Shown here: positions 1-10,036 of the stretch, piece after piece
Layout: each line of letters begins with the position of its first letter
Numbering within the stretch: position 1 is the stretch's first letter
NCBI GenBank assembly: GCA_002269645.1
Contig: NIVC01004933.1
Coordinates: forward strand, 1 to 30,969
Direction: 5' to 3'
Origin: Macrostomum lignano
Taxonomy: Eukaryota
Length of the DNA: 30,969 nt
The notes under the pieces: generated by a model
The model's input: the letters and a program-made list of their open reading frames with translations, nothing else
What the model was told of the DNA's origin: nothing
Databases searched by the model: none
Translations under genes and position numbers: made by a program

Positions 1-1529
1 TGCAGCTTTGATGTCATCATAAAGTGTGCCTTACCCTTGGTCTTACTTGGCCTAGAATAACAACGAGCAAGGCTCAAAACAAGGTGAAAGCGTTCTGTAG
101 AAAATTTCTGCAAGTCGCGCGGGTACGCGAAATTCACAAAGAAAATGGGTGTTTCTTTGTTTCAACCAACAATAGAATTGTTTGCAATGAGAGAGCAAGT
201 GTAGACGTTTTTTAGAAACTGTCAGAAGGGATGCAGGTTCGCCTCAGCCCCATCGGAGAAACTCAGACTCCGGAGATAAAGCAATATCTAAGTAGGCGAA
301 AGGACAAAATGCTTCAGCGTTTATCGCTAGCGAGCTGCCATCGATCCGCTCCCCACCAATACGGGGGCGTTGCAACATCGATTCAGATGGGGCAGAGAGG
401 CTGGGCCGATTAGTTCAATGGGTGTTTGGAAGGATTTTTGCAGAAACTCCCTTAGGAAAAGACCCCCTCCCCTTGAAGACAGAAATAGCTAGCTACAAAC
501 AGATCACAATTGCTGTTTACTGTTTCCTTCTCCGGCAGCTGGTCAGCAGCCTCAGCGGCATCCTCTGCTCTGAGGGGCTCAGGAAACTGTAAATATTGCA
601 TTAGTCATTTTGCCGCCCCAAGCTCGCCACCCGCGCTGCGCACAGCTGACAAACCTCTGGTCGGTGCTGGGCTCGCGAGGAGGTCCTCGCAGTGTGAGCA
701 GCGGGGAATTCCCCTGGGGAGCTGAGCTTTCACAGTCCGGTGGCGAGGTGAGCAACGGCCGCGGGACTCCTCCGCTCTCCCCTCTTTTTTCCTGTCCCGG
801 ATTCCTTCGCTGGGGCCAGAGAGCGGGACTCCCAGATTAATGTCCGGGAGCCCCGCGGGCGCCCTTGGGCTAAAATGGGACAAGATGCGGCAAAGCGAGC
901 GGCCCCCCATCCATCCTTTTTCCTCTATCCGGCTTCTCCTCGCCGCCGCGAATGAGTTATCTCCGCGACCTCTTCTCACGCCCTGCTAACACTGCGGAGG
1001 AAAACGACTATACTTTTAATTAATTCCGGAGCTCTGGCTGGCAGTGTCTGGGTGCACCGCTTGACGGCGAGCTAAAAAATAAGCCATGATGTCGAGAGCC
1101 GCCAGCCACGGGCGGGGCTCTCGGCTCTCTCGTTGGAGGGAGGTCCTTGACCCCTCACTCTCCAAGTATTTGCTTTACTGATTGCGGGGGGGGGCTATTG
1201 GGCCCGGTCTTCAGTGACTGATCATTTGAGGAACAGCCCTAGCAGGATACTAAACTCATAAAACCAACCCTGAGACTAAACCTAGCTAATATTTCCTGGC
1301 AATTCAATTCCTTGGAACGAGAGAGTACAGGGACAGGGAGAGTGGCTTAGCAGCGGAATTAACAAATTAATTAAGGGATAAAGAGGTGTATTGGGATTAG
1401 CGGGGTATGAGAGCACCAGCTGACGGATATAGGATCACAGCGAGGGTCAGTATAAGGGATCATAGCGGGGGTCAGTAGGGTAAACAAGGGATCACAGTGG
1501 GGGCTCAATGAGGATCAGACAGAACTTAC

Positions 1530-1745
1530 AAACAGCTTGAGATATCTGGCGCAGACGAGGCCGAAGCCGCCATTGTTGCCGGGTCCGCAGCACACCAGCA
1601 GAGTTCTCTCCTTAGTCAGCGACTCCTTTGGGTAGATGCGAGCGAAGGCCACGGCAGCGCTGAGCCGCCGTGCTCAAGCAGCTGGTCCAGGCTCAGCGAG
1701 TACTCGGTGAGCAGCTCGGAGTCGACCTGCTCGGCCTGCTCGCGC
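1530..1745 (-). CDS. NAXE: NAD(P)HX epimerase (NAXE/AIBP, YjeF_N family)-like gene, coding exon 2; contains an apparent 1-nt deletion frameshift near 1665
   Basis: The acceptor ttcag|G is at 1746/1745, preceded by a pyrimidine tract, and the donor TTT|gtaagt is at 1530/1529. Translation is [27 protein letters not shown], then after a frame change [45 protein letters not shown]. This closely parallels human NAXE [39 protein letters not shown]...[24 protein letters not shown] (recalled). The exon is 216 nt where 217 would keep frame. It could be a YJEFN3-like paralogue or a pseudogene. Confidence 0.88.
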
Positions 1746-1928
1746 CTGAATGACGTCGTTGGGGAAGAGGAGAAGAGGGGCGTTTTTACGTTTTGGGAAA
1801 TAGAGAGAAACACAAGTTGTTGTGGTTACGGTTTGAAAAGAAAACAGATTTCTGGAGACTCATCTCGCATCTTTGGAACTTGGACAGAAGATAAATAAGC
1901 TTGCCTTCATTTGTAATCCTGTTAGTAA

Positions 1929-2250
<322 letters not shown>

Positions 2251-2440
2251 AAGGGTCGCCGATGTCTCCTCAGTGAACCTGCTGTCTACTGGCGGGGTAA
2301 AGCCTTTTTTTACCTTGGGGTTGAGATAGGGGCCTCGCAGCCTAATCCAACTGTACTTTCTAGTCTATAGTCGTATACTTGTGAGTGCCCCAGGGTGCAA
2401 TCGGCGGACTTATCCAGCTAAAACGGCACCGTTTGCTCAC

Positions 2441-2706
2441 GTTAGAAACGAGCACTTCTGAGTGAGATCCTCCGCCTCTCGCTTGGCCGTCTTCTGCGAC
2501 TTCTTGCGGAAGCTGAACCGGAACCGGCCGCTGGCGGTCCGGCCGTGGCCGTCCTGGCCGGGCGAGTGCTGCTCCTTCCGGCTGGGCATGCCGGACGCGA
2601 ACGGGAGGGCCGCGTCGTCTCCGGCGCCCGTTGTCGGAGCGGTGGATGAGGCAGCGGTGGTGGCGACGGCTGAGGTGTCCTTGCTAGTTGGCTCCGAGTC
2701 GGTCAT
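2441..2706 (-). CDS. NAXE: NAXE-like gene, coding exon 1 (N-terminal extension plus start of YjeF_N domain)
   Basis: ATG at 2706 has an in-frame stop shortly upstream. The ORF MTDSEPTSK...LTQKCSFL ends at the phase-2 donor AC|gtgagc (2441/2440). Joining to exon 2 gives [15 protein letters not shown], equivalent to human [15 protein letters not shown], with the intron in the same phase-2 position (recalled). An upstream exon cannot be excluded. Confidence 0.75.
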
Positions 2707-2800
2707 CTCGCCTTTAGGGCTGTCTCTGCATGGCGTTCAGAGGAATTCGTGATATTGACTAGCAACAGCTTTATTTACCGTAGTGACGTAATACTCGTCA

Positions 2801-3075
2801 TGTGAGGGGGCGTAGGGAATAGACGTGTTACGGAGGGTAGGGAATAGACGGTGTGAGGAGGATAGAGAAGAGAGGGGTGAAGGGAGGGTAGGGAAGAGAG
2901 GGGTGAGGGAGGGTAGGGAAGAGAGGGGTGAGGGAGGGTAGGGAAGAGACGGTGTGAGGGAGGGTAGGGAAGAGATGGTATAAGGGAGGTTAGGGAAGAG
3001 AGGGTGTGAGTGAGGGAGGGGTAGAGAAAGAGAGGGTGTCAGGGAGGGTAGGGAAGAGAGGGTGTCAGGGAGGGT
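2801..3075 (+). repeat. G-rich minisatellite, 25-27-bp unit (AGGGAGGGTAGGGAAGAGAGGGGTG), ~10 copies
   Basis: Tandem units are directly visible; the left edge is degenerate. Confidence 0.9.
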
Positions 3076-3326
3076 ATTGAAACTGGCGGGGTGTCCTTCT
3101 TGAACCACAGCCCCTTCCATCACTGTCTGCAAGGAAAAAACTTTCTAGAAGTAAAACGAGCCAGCAAAAGCAGAAATAAAAATCAATAACAAGAGAAGAT
3201 CAAAGGCAACGGCCCTCCGATCTGAGACTTATACTGGCAAAGGAGAAACGACAGGAGGAGGCAGATAGGCAAGATTAGCCCCTCGCCATCTTCATTTGTC
3301 GGACGCGTTTAATATAAGAGCAATCA

Positions 3327-3360
3327 GGGCTGGCCGGGGCTGGCCGGGGCTGGCCGGGGC
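3327..3360 (+). repeat. 10-bp GC-rich tandem repeat (TGGCCGGGGC)x3
   Basis: Three exact copies at 3331-3360. Confidence 0.85.
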
Positions 3361-3819
3361 GCCAGATCTCGAAAGCTCAAACGATACTGGAGTTAGCAAT
3401 CAGGGCTTGGACAGGCAGGCGGGACTGCCGAAGACTCAGGGGTTCCTCGCCCCTTAGCTACGCGGTCGGCAGGGCTGGGAGGGAAGACAGTTGAGTGGCG
3501 GAGTAAGCAGGCAAATTTGCATGCGACAGCAGCTTGAGGAGGGGAGCAGGAGGTATTCTCACTCAGCTCTCTTGGAATTCTCTGCACTAGGGGAATGCTG
3601 ATGCTCAGGGAAGCTGAAGCTGCATGCGGCGGAGGCTCTTTGGGCCCTTCAGCCTACTTGACTTTCTTGTCTTCTTGTTTCTTTTCCATCCAGCCGTTGG
3701 CGACCTCGCAAGAGTTTGAAGACCATGGGTCTGCTGTTGCTCCAGACCCTGATTAATGATTCAAAAGGACGCTACTCTGCCATTCACTTTGTGTCTTCTT
3801 TTTCCCTGGATCCCCAATT

Positions 3820-3822
3820 TCT

Positions 3823-3909
<87 letters not shown>
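3820..3909 (+). repeat. (CT)n microsatellite, ~45 units
   Basis: Directly visible, with one phase slip at 3841. Confidence 0.97.
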
Positions 3910-3912
<3 letters not shown>

Positions 3913-4100
3913 GACTTCCCTTTTTAAAGATATGCACGCCTCATCCTCTTCGAGCTTTCATACGAAATTTTAGCAACCGCCTGCTTGCTTTGTGTCCCAA
4001 AATGGGGCTGCCAGCGCATGTCAGCTGTAGGAATTGAGAAGTTAGCCCCTGGATTCCAATTGCTAGTCCTAATGAGCTGGAATGTTGCCGGGATAAGATA

Positions 4101-4459
4101 GGTAGGGAAAGATGAGGTGTGAGGGAGAGGTAGGAAAAGAGGGGGTGTGAGGGAGGGGTAGGGAGAGAGGGGGTGTGAGGGAGGGGTGGGTAGAGAGGGG
4201 GTATGAGGGAGGGGTAGGGAGAGAGGGTGCGAGGGAGGGGTAGGGAAATAGGGGGTGTGAGGTAGGGGTAGGGAAACAGGGGTATGAGGGAGGGGTAGGG
4301 AAAGAGGGGGTGTGAGGGAGGGGTAAGGAAAGAGGGGGTATGAGGGAGGGGTAGGGAAAGAGGGGGTATGAGGGAGGGGTAGGGAAAGAGGGGGTGTCAG
4401 GGAGGGGTAGGGAAAGAGGGGGTGTGAGGGAGGGGTAGGGAGAGGGGGGTATGAGGGAG
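4101..4459 (+). repeat. G-rich minisatellite, ~28-bp unit (GAGGGGGTGTGAGGGAGGGGTAGGGAAA), ~13 copies; related to the 2801-3075 array
   Basis: Tandem units are visible and share the core GTGAGGGAGGG(G)TAGGGAA with the 2801-3075 array. Confidence 0.9.
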
Positions 4460-7325
4460 TTGGCCTGGTAGAAAGAGTAGTCAAGAGGAAGGACGCAGCC
4501 TGTTTATTTCATACAGCGGTTCTTCCTTAATCGCTCAAACCGGAAAGTACGAGCCAGTTGTTTATTGAGTCGCACATTCGAGTATTTAGCATGCAGTGTT
4601 CAAACAGCACCTTCCTATTCGAGCAGCCCCACCGGCACTCCCTACAGTTAGAAGTTTTGCCGATTGCAAATCCTTATCGACTCGCCTCCAAGCGCTGGAG
4701 ACCTGGACAGAAGGCCACAAGTCAAACAAGCAGCTGCCATCTTATCTGGGCTTCAAGTTCGGATATCTCTCTCTCTCTCTTTCTCGCTCTCCCTCGCTGA
4801 GCACAGTTCTAGGAATTAGAATTATGGCGCCGATCTGGAAATTAACCAGTACGAGTTCCTCCACCGCATGCATGGTTACTCCAAAATCGAGCACATCTGG
4901 TTGGGAATCAGCCCCGGAATCCTCAATAATTGCAATCTCATGTTGCAACGCGTCCCTTCTCAGCTGTGGTGGGAGCATTTTTTGTCGGGAGCCAGCATGT
5001 AGGAGCCGCTTCGAACCCCAGCTCACCGTCCCTAGAGCTGCTTGAGAGTCGAGTTTCTAAGCCTCGCTGTCTGTCTGTCTGCCTGCCTGTCTGTCAGTCT
5101 CTCATCTTGAGCACTTCATTCAGGGGCAGTTCGCAGTTTTCAGTGAGTTTTATACATGTATGGAGAACGAGCGAGAACTGAGAGCCGAGGCACCGGCAGG
5201 GACAGCCTCCGATGGGTGCTCCATCGCTCAGCTGGGTCCCGCGCCCATGGGGATTTTGGACCAGCCGGGACAAAATTAAATAAACGCGATGGAGAGAGAA
5301 GTGAGGAGAGGAGAGCTTGCAGGCTCGGCTTCTGTGTATCTTAGAGCAAGAAATGCGACCCATGGCTGCCAATGCTTATCCGCGATATGCTCGCTGCAGT
5401 TACGGTGCTGGCATTGCCAGCCACGCAGGCTCCCGCAGTGTGAGCTGCCAGCATGAGTTACTCACCTATCAGATGCCTTCTGTGCTCTGGCTTGACCGGA
5501 TGGGCAGCAGCTAAGCTGGCTGGGGCTGGCGGACTGGTGTGCGGTGAAAAACAGGGGGGATTATATGCCCGAGAGAGAGAGAGAAGGGGGAGGACGGGAG
5601 TTTTGCTGCCGGGAGAATCCCCGCTTTCTTCCCCCCAAAGTTGCCACCATTGGCACTCGCAGCAGATACGGGGGCTTGAGTACTGGAGGGTGGGGGCGAG
5701 GCGGGGAGGAGAGGCCGGGAGCTTCTTTCAGGATGGCCCTCCCACGGCCCCTATTGAGAGCGGCTCGATCCGGGCAATTTGCATTTATTCTGCAAAGTCC
5801 CAACACTGACGGCCTTGCATGTCTCCCCCTCTCTTCCTGCCCGTCACTCCGCTTTTGTAGCTGCTGTGCGTTTGTTTCTAATTGCTGCTGCCAGTTCTCT
5901 CAGGGCTTTCCGCGAAATTCACAGGCAAATACTGAATTGTTTAAAAAGCTTTGCTGAGGAAGGAATATAAAATAAATCAAAGCATTCACACTCTTTGTGC
6001 CCTCGAGATCAGTCTCACGGATTGTGAAACGCGCGGACAACCTCCAGTTCATTTTCGTGCACAAGCCCCAAAGAATATGACCAGGGGGTCCGACTTGTTT
6101 ACCACTGACCAGCTCTTGCCCCTGCCAGCTGCGGTCCTATGAATCACGGTGGCAGCCACTCGATTCGGGTTAAATAAAGAAGACAAGCCGGTAGACGATT
6201 TCCGCAGATCTGGCGGGTACAAGGCAAACAAACTGAGCAAGTAGCTCCGAGGGAGGAGCCGGCAGATCTTGTCGGCTGACCCAACCGAGGTCACATAACT
6301 CAAGCGCTGAGTCCAGCTCCGGGTTATGGCAGAGTTGTGTGAGAGGAACAATGCAGGGTGGCCCGCCGGCTGAAAGGTGGGAGCAAAAAGCCAAGCCGGA
6401 CAAGCCCACTTCGTTTGCCCGTGGATTAAGCCGAGAGAGCCCTGCTGCTTCTAGTTGCCTGGGCGTTTGGGATTCCGGAGTGGGGAAGGCACGGACACAG
6501 AACTTTCATGGGTTCCCAAAGTGCACACGCGGAGCACGGGGGTGGGGGATTTCTGCTTTAATCTTGTTTCTCCAGCTTGTCTCGCCCTCAGTCCGCGCGC
6601 GGATGTTCTGCGTAGTAGGAAGAAGTTGCTGAGAATTTTTCCGCTGAAGGAAAGAGGCTTAGCTTGGCCAATCTACTCTATGCATCTCCGGCCCTCTTGT
6701 CAACTGCATGGGAAGTTCAATTGGACCTGGCGTGACTGTATTTTTCGCAAACGGAGGGAGCTCGCGGATTTTCGATAATTATTACTGTTTGATATGCCAG
6801 TACCCTAACCGCCGATCACTGGCTCCGGGGGATCGATTACGTGCATCGCGGCCACCACATGCAATGGGAATTAATTTCAGAGCTACTGTACATGCGCCTT
6901 TGGACAACCGTAGTACGCTCGTATTTAAATGGGTTTTCAAGGTCACCCGAGAGCTAGTCAGGAAGGGCGAGATGAAAAACCGGGGTTAGGGGTTAGGGGA
7001 AGGCAATCTTTAAATAGCAGAGGGGAAAGAGGTGTGAGGGATAGGGGGACAGGAGGCCACGGCACCCTTCCTTGCCAGCCAGCCAATCACGAGCCACCGC
7101 CGGGGGGCACAGGGCAGAGAAGAGAAATTGGGTGGAGCCAATTGGTGTTTTGCCATAGACAAATTCATCCGCAAGAAAAATCCGCACTAGAAAAAATACA
7201 GTAAGGAAAGAAGGAGATACATGTAGTCAGATAGGAATAACGAAATATTTAACGAAATAAGGTTTTTTGTTGTTATTTAACGTGGTTAAGCGAGGTTTCT
7301 GTTCTAACAACGGGGCTTGAGTATG

Positions 7326-7752
7326 CAGTGGCGGCGCAGGACCTCCAGCTGGGGGGGGCGGTGGTTGGGTGGTCACCCCCCCCCCGGCTGGGTGGTCACC
7401 CCCAGAGAAAATTATCAAAAAAATTATCACAAAAATAATTACATTCCAGCTTTCCAAAATCGTTAGGATTCGTTATCGCCCAGGCCCAGTTCGCGGTTCG
7501 CCCTCAAAGGGTGACCACCCTTACAGCCTACAGGCCCTACCGGGTGACCACCCCCTGAGGTCTCAGGTGACCACCCCCATGCCCCATGGGGTGACCACAC
7601 TTTTGAAAAAATATGGTAAAGTACCAATTTTTTTTAAGTAGTGGGTGGTCACCCCCTGGGGGTGGTCACCCCCTGAGGGTGGTGAGGGGTGGTCACCCGG
7701 GGGCAGCCCGCCCCCCCCCCGCCCCCCCCCCCCCCCCCCTGCGCCGCCACTG
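7326..7752. mobile_element. Non-autonomous hAT-type DNA transposon (MITE), 427 bp
   Basis: Perfect 15-bp TIRs: CAGTGGCGGCGCAGG (7326-7340) and CCTGCGCCGCCACTG (7738-7752). Perfect 8-bp TSD TGAGTATG at 7318-7325 and 7753-7760. There are nine internal copies of GGGTGGTCACCC in both orientations and no transposase ORF. An 8-bp TSD with CAG termini is characteristic of hAT. Confidence 0.92.
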
Positions 7753-8780
7753 TGAGTATGTCTAAAGGGTTCTATACATTGAGCATGCAAGAAATTGATT
7801 TTTCGAAGTTAAGAGATTGTCTTTACGGTCAATGTAGGGTGAAAAACAGTCGCCACGTGAGGCAAGGTTAGGGGAGGGCGCAGCCAGACGACATGCAAAA
7901 TACGAGTAAACACCGAACGAAAAGGGGGAAGGGGCGAGAGAGAGCAGACGTCAACCAAGTCCAGCCAATCAGGGCACCGCGCAGAGAAGAGCTGATAAGC
8001 TGGACCAAGAAAGGAGAGAAAGGAAAGGAAGGACTGGCCAATCGGTCCGCAGAAAAGCTGAGGTGGGGGGAGGACCGGGTCGTAAACAAAGGTGCCCAAA
8101 AGAGAGAGAGAGACAGTGGCGCCCTGGCCCAGCCAATCGACTGGCGACCAACTGGAACCGAAGGTCACCCAGATAAAACAAGTGCGCAGGCAACTACAGA
8201 AACTACAAAATCACATCTCGCTGACTCGCTACTGCATTTCATGGTGAAAATCTTCAACGATTCGTGAGTGTAGCACCGCGTCCTCTTCTTCAAATGGCAG
8301 ATCTCTTCTTCCTCTTCTTCTCAAATGGCAGACTGTTCGTCTTCTTTTAAACGGCTGCGCTTTTTAAAATCACGTGTCATCGTTATTTTTACAGATAAAT
8401 TCCAACTCTAACTTGATTAATGCATATACACAGTGGAAATTCACGAGGCGAAGAAATGGCAAAACACACAACTGACACACGACATCTGCTCGGCGCTCCT
8501 ATCCATCAATTTTACCCTCTTTCTAATTCAATGAGGACTCAGGCGTATCGAGTTTCTATCAGAGGAAGAGCAGTAGCAGCCGCCTCAGCGTCATAGTTTC
8601 TTTTCCTGCTCTCCAGCGGCGCAGGGCCGCAGAGGATTAAGGGATCACGCTTTTTAGATAGATAGATGCTTTATGGACGCATTTCACATTCTGAACACGA
8701 TTTGAATGTCATTCGCCCAATCCCCAGGAGCCAGTGTGTGCTTATCTAACGCTTAATATACGAGCTGGAAATACTAATTA

Positions 8781-9029
8781 TTCTCTCCGTCCCAAATAAT
8801 ACATGTTAGCTACTGTAGATTTCCGTCATTGTTGGCACAGCTAATATTCTTTCCCTTTTCTAGTTCTCTCCGTCCCAAATAATACATGTTAGCTACTGTA
8901 GATTTCCGTCATTGTTGGCACAGCTAATATTCTTTCCCTTTTCTAGTTCTTTCCGTCCCAAATAATACATGTTAGCTACTGTAGATTTCCGTCATTGTTG
9001 GCACAGCTAATCTTCTTTCCCTTTTCTAG
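8781..9029 (+). repeat. 83-bp unit tandemly triplicated
   Basis: Units start at 8781, 8864 and 8947 (TTCTCTCCGTCCCAAATAATACATG...TTCTTTCCCTTTTCTAG) and are nearly identical. Confidence 0.95.
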
Positions 9030-9868
9030 CTTCCCCTAATGGGAAAATTACCCCCCCCCACCGACCCGCCAAGTCACGCCACGCTTGACCGTCGCAATTT
9101 CTTGTCCAAGGCGATTGTGCCGTCCTTTGAGTCTTTTGTCGACCGACCGCCTTTCCCTTCTTCTTTTCAAAGAAAATTCGGTTTTTTCTGGCCGGACTTT
9201 GCCACGCAATCGCTTGTCGGACAGTGCTTACTGATGGCCGGTCTGGCTTTGTCCGGGAGCTTTGCTTCCTTTCGAATGCGATTGAGTACCGAATTCACGT
9301 TCCCAATAGCAATAGTGAAAAAGCTCAGCTGCATCATAGCAACTAATTATATTACTACCAGTAGCGTGATTAGGAGATTAAGTAACAAGACAAGAACGCC
9401 AAAGATTTTTCCAGGTCGATAATAAATTTCCGAATATTGAATCAAACCTTGCTTTCCTTGCACCGCTAATGACTTTAAAATGTACTTTTAACTATACTTT
9501 TAGACAGGATTTGTTTAATTAAAGTTTAAAATTGTAAAAGAAAATATAAATGATGAATAACAAATTAAGTAATCATTATAAAAGTATGATGGTTCATCAG
9601 AGGCTCGGTAAATTAGTAAAACTTTCTAGTAGGAGAAAACAACAATAAAAGCGAACAACATATTAATAAACAGATTTTAATTCTCACTGTAACTGGCTAT
9701 AAAAGTGTTGCAGAGAATTTACATATTAAGTAACTCTAACTCGTTTGCATAGTAATTCAGCCGTAAATTGCATAAAAAACGCCCTGGGTTGGTGCGAGCC
9801 AATCAAATAGGATAAAACTAGCCAATATACAGAAATAAATTCTAACCCTGTTGATGTATGCACTGGAT

Positions 9869-9874
9869 TTTATT
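9869..9874 (-). terminator. Candidate polyadenylation signal (AATAAA) of the beta-propeller gene
   Basis: TTTATT on the + strand, ~165 nt downstream of the stop codon at 10037; motif evidence only. Confidence 0.35.
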
Positions 9875-10036
9875 ACTTTACCCCCTGCTGCGCGGTTGTA
9901 TGGGGTGGTGGTAGTCAGCTCCAGCCAATGAGATGCGAATAAGCTAGACAGACGGAGATAAAGTAATTCCCGTTAATGTACACGCTAGAACCTTTTGCAA
10001 ACTCCAACCAATCAGACTGTTCGCTAGCCAATTGGC

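Noticed and set aside
510-725. Plus-strand ORF containing KPLVGAGLARRSSQCEQRGIPL, resembling NAXE KPLFTALVTQCQKMDIPF
   Set aside because: It is on the opposite strand to the NAXE-like gene, has no usable splice sites and shows only short similarity; treated as chance.
4820-5002. Plus-strand coding-like stretch NYGADLEINQYEFLHRMHGYSKIEHIWLG..., with an in-phase antisense ORF
   Set aside because: No recognisable family, no convincing donor and no partner exon. Similar unassignable stretches occur at ~16350-16490 and ~17410-17640 (the latter with an internal stop).
5005-5070. Minus-strand B-box-like GGTTCGAAGC as a tRNA or SINE head
   Set aside because: No A-box at suitable spacing and no cloverleaf.
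5468-5550. Perfect minus-strand donor AG|GTGAGT near 5466 as a possible upstream exon of the NAXE-like gene
   Set aside because: A single motif with no clear acceptor or coding signal; needs transcript data.
6049-6351. ORF with TAAGRGKS resembling a P-loop
   Set aside because: It lacks the hydrophobic strand before the motif and any Walker B; short isolated ORF.
6982-6999. Two TTAGGG words
   Set aside because: Only two 7-bp-spaced copies; too short to call an interstitial telomeric repeat.
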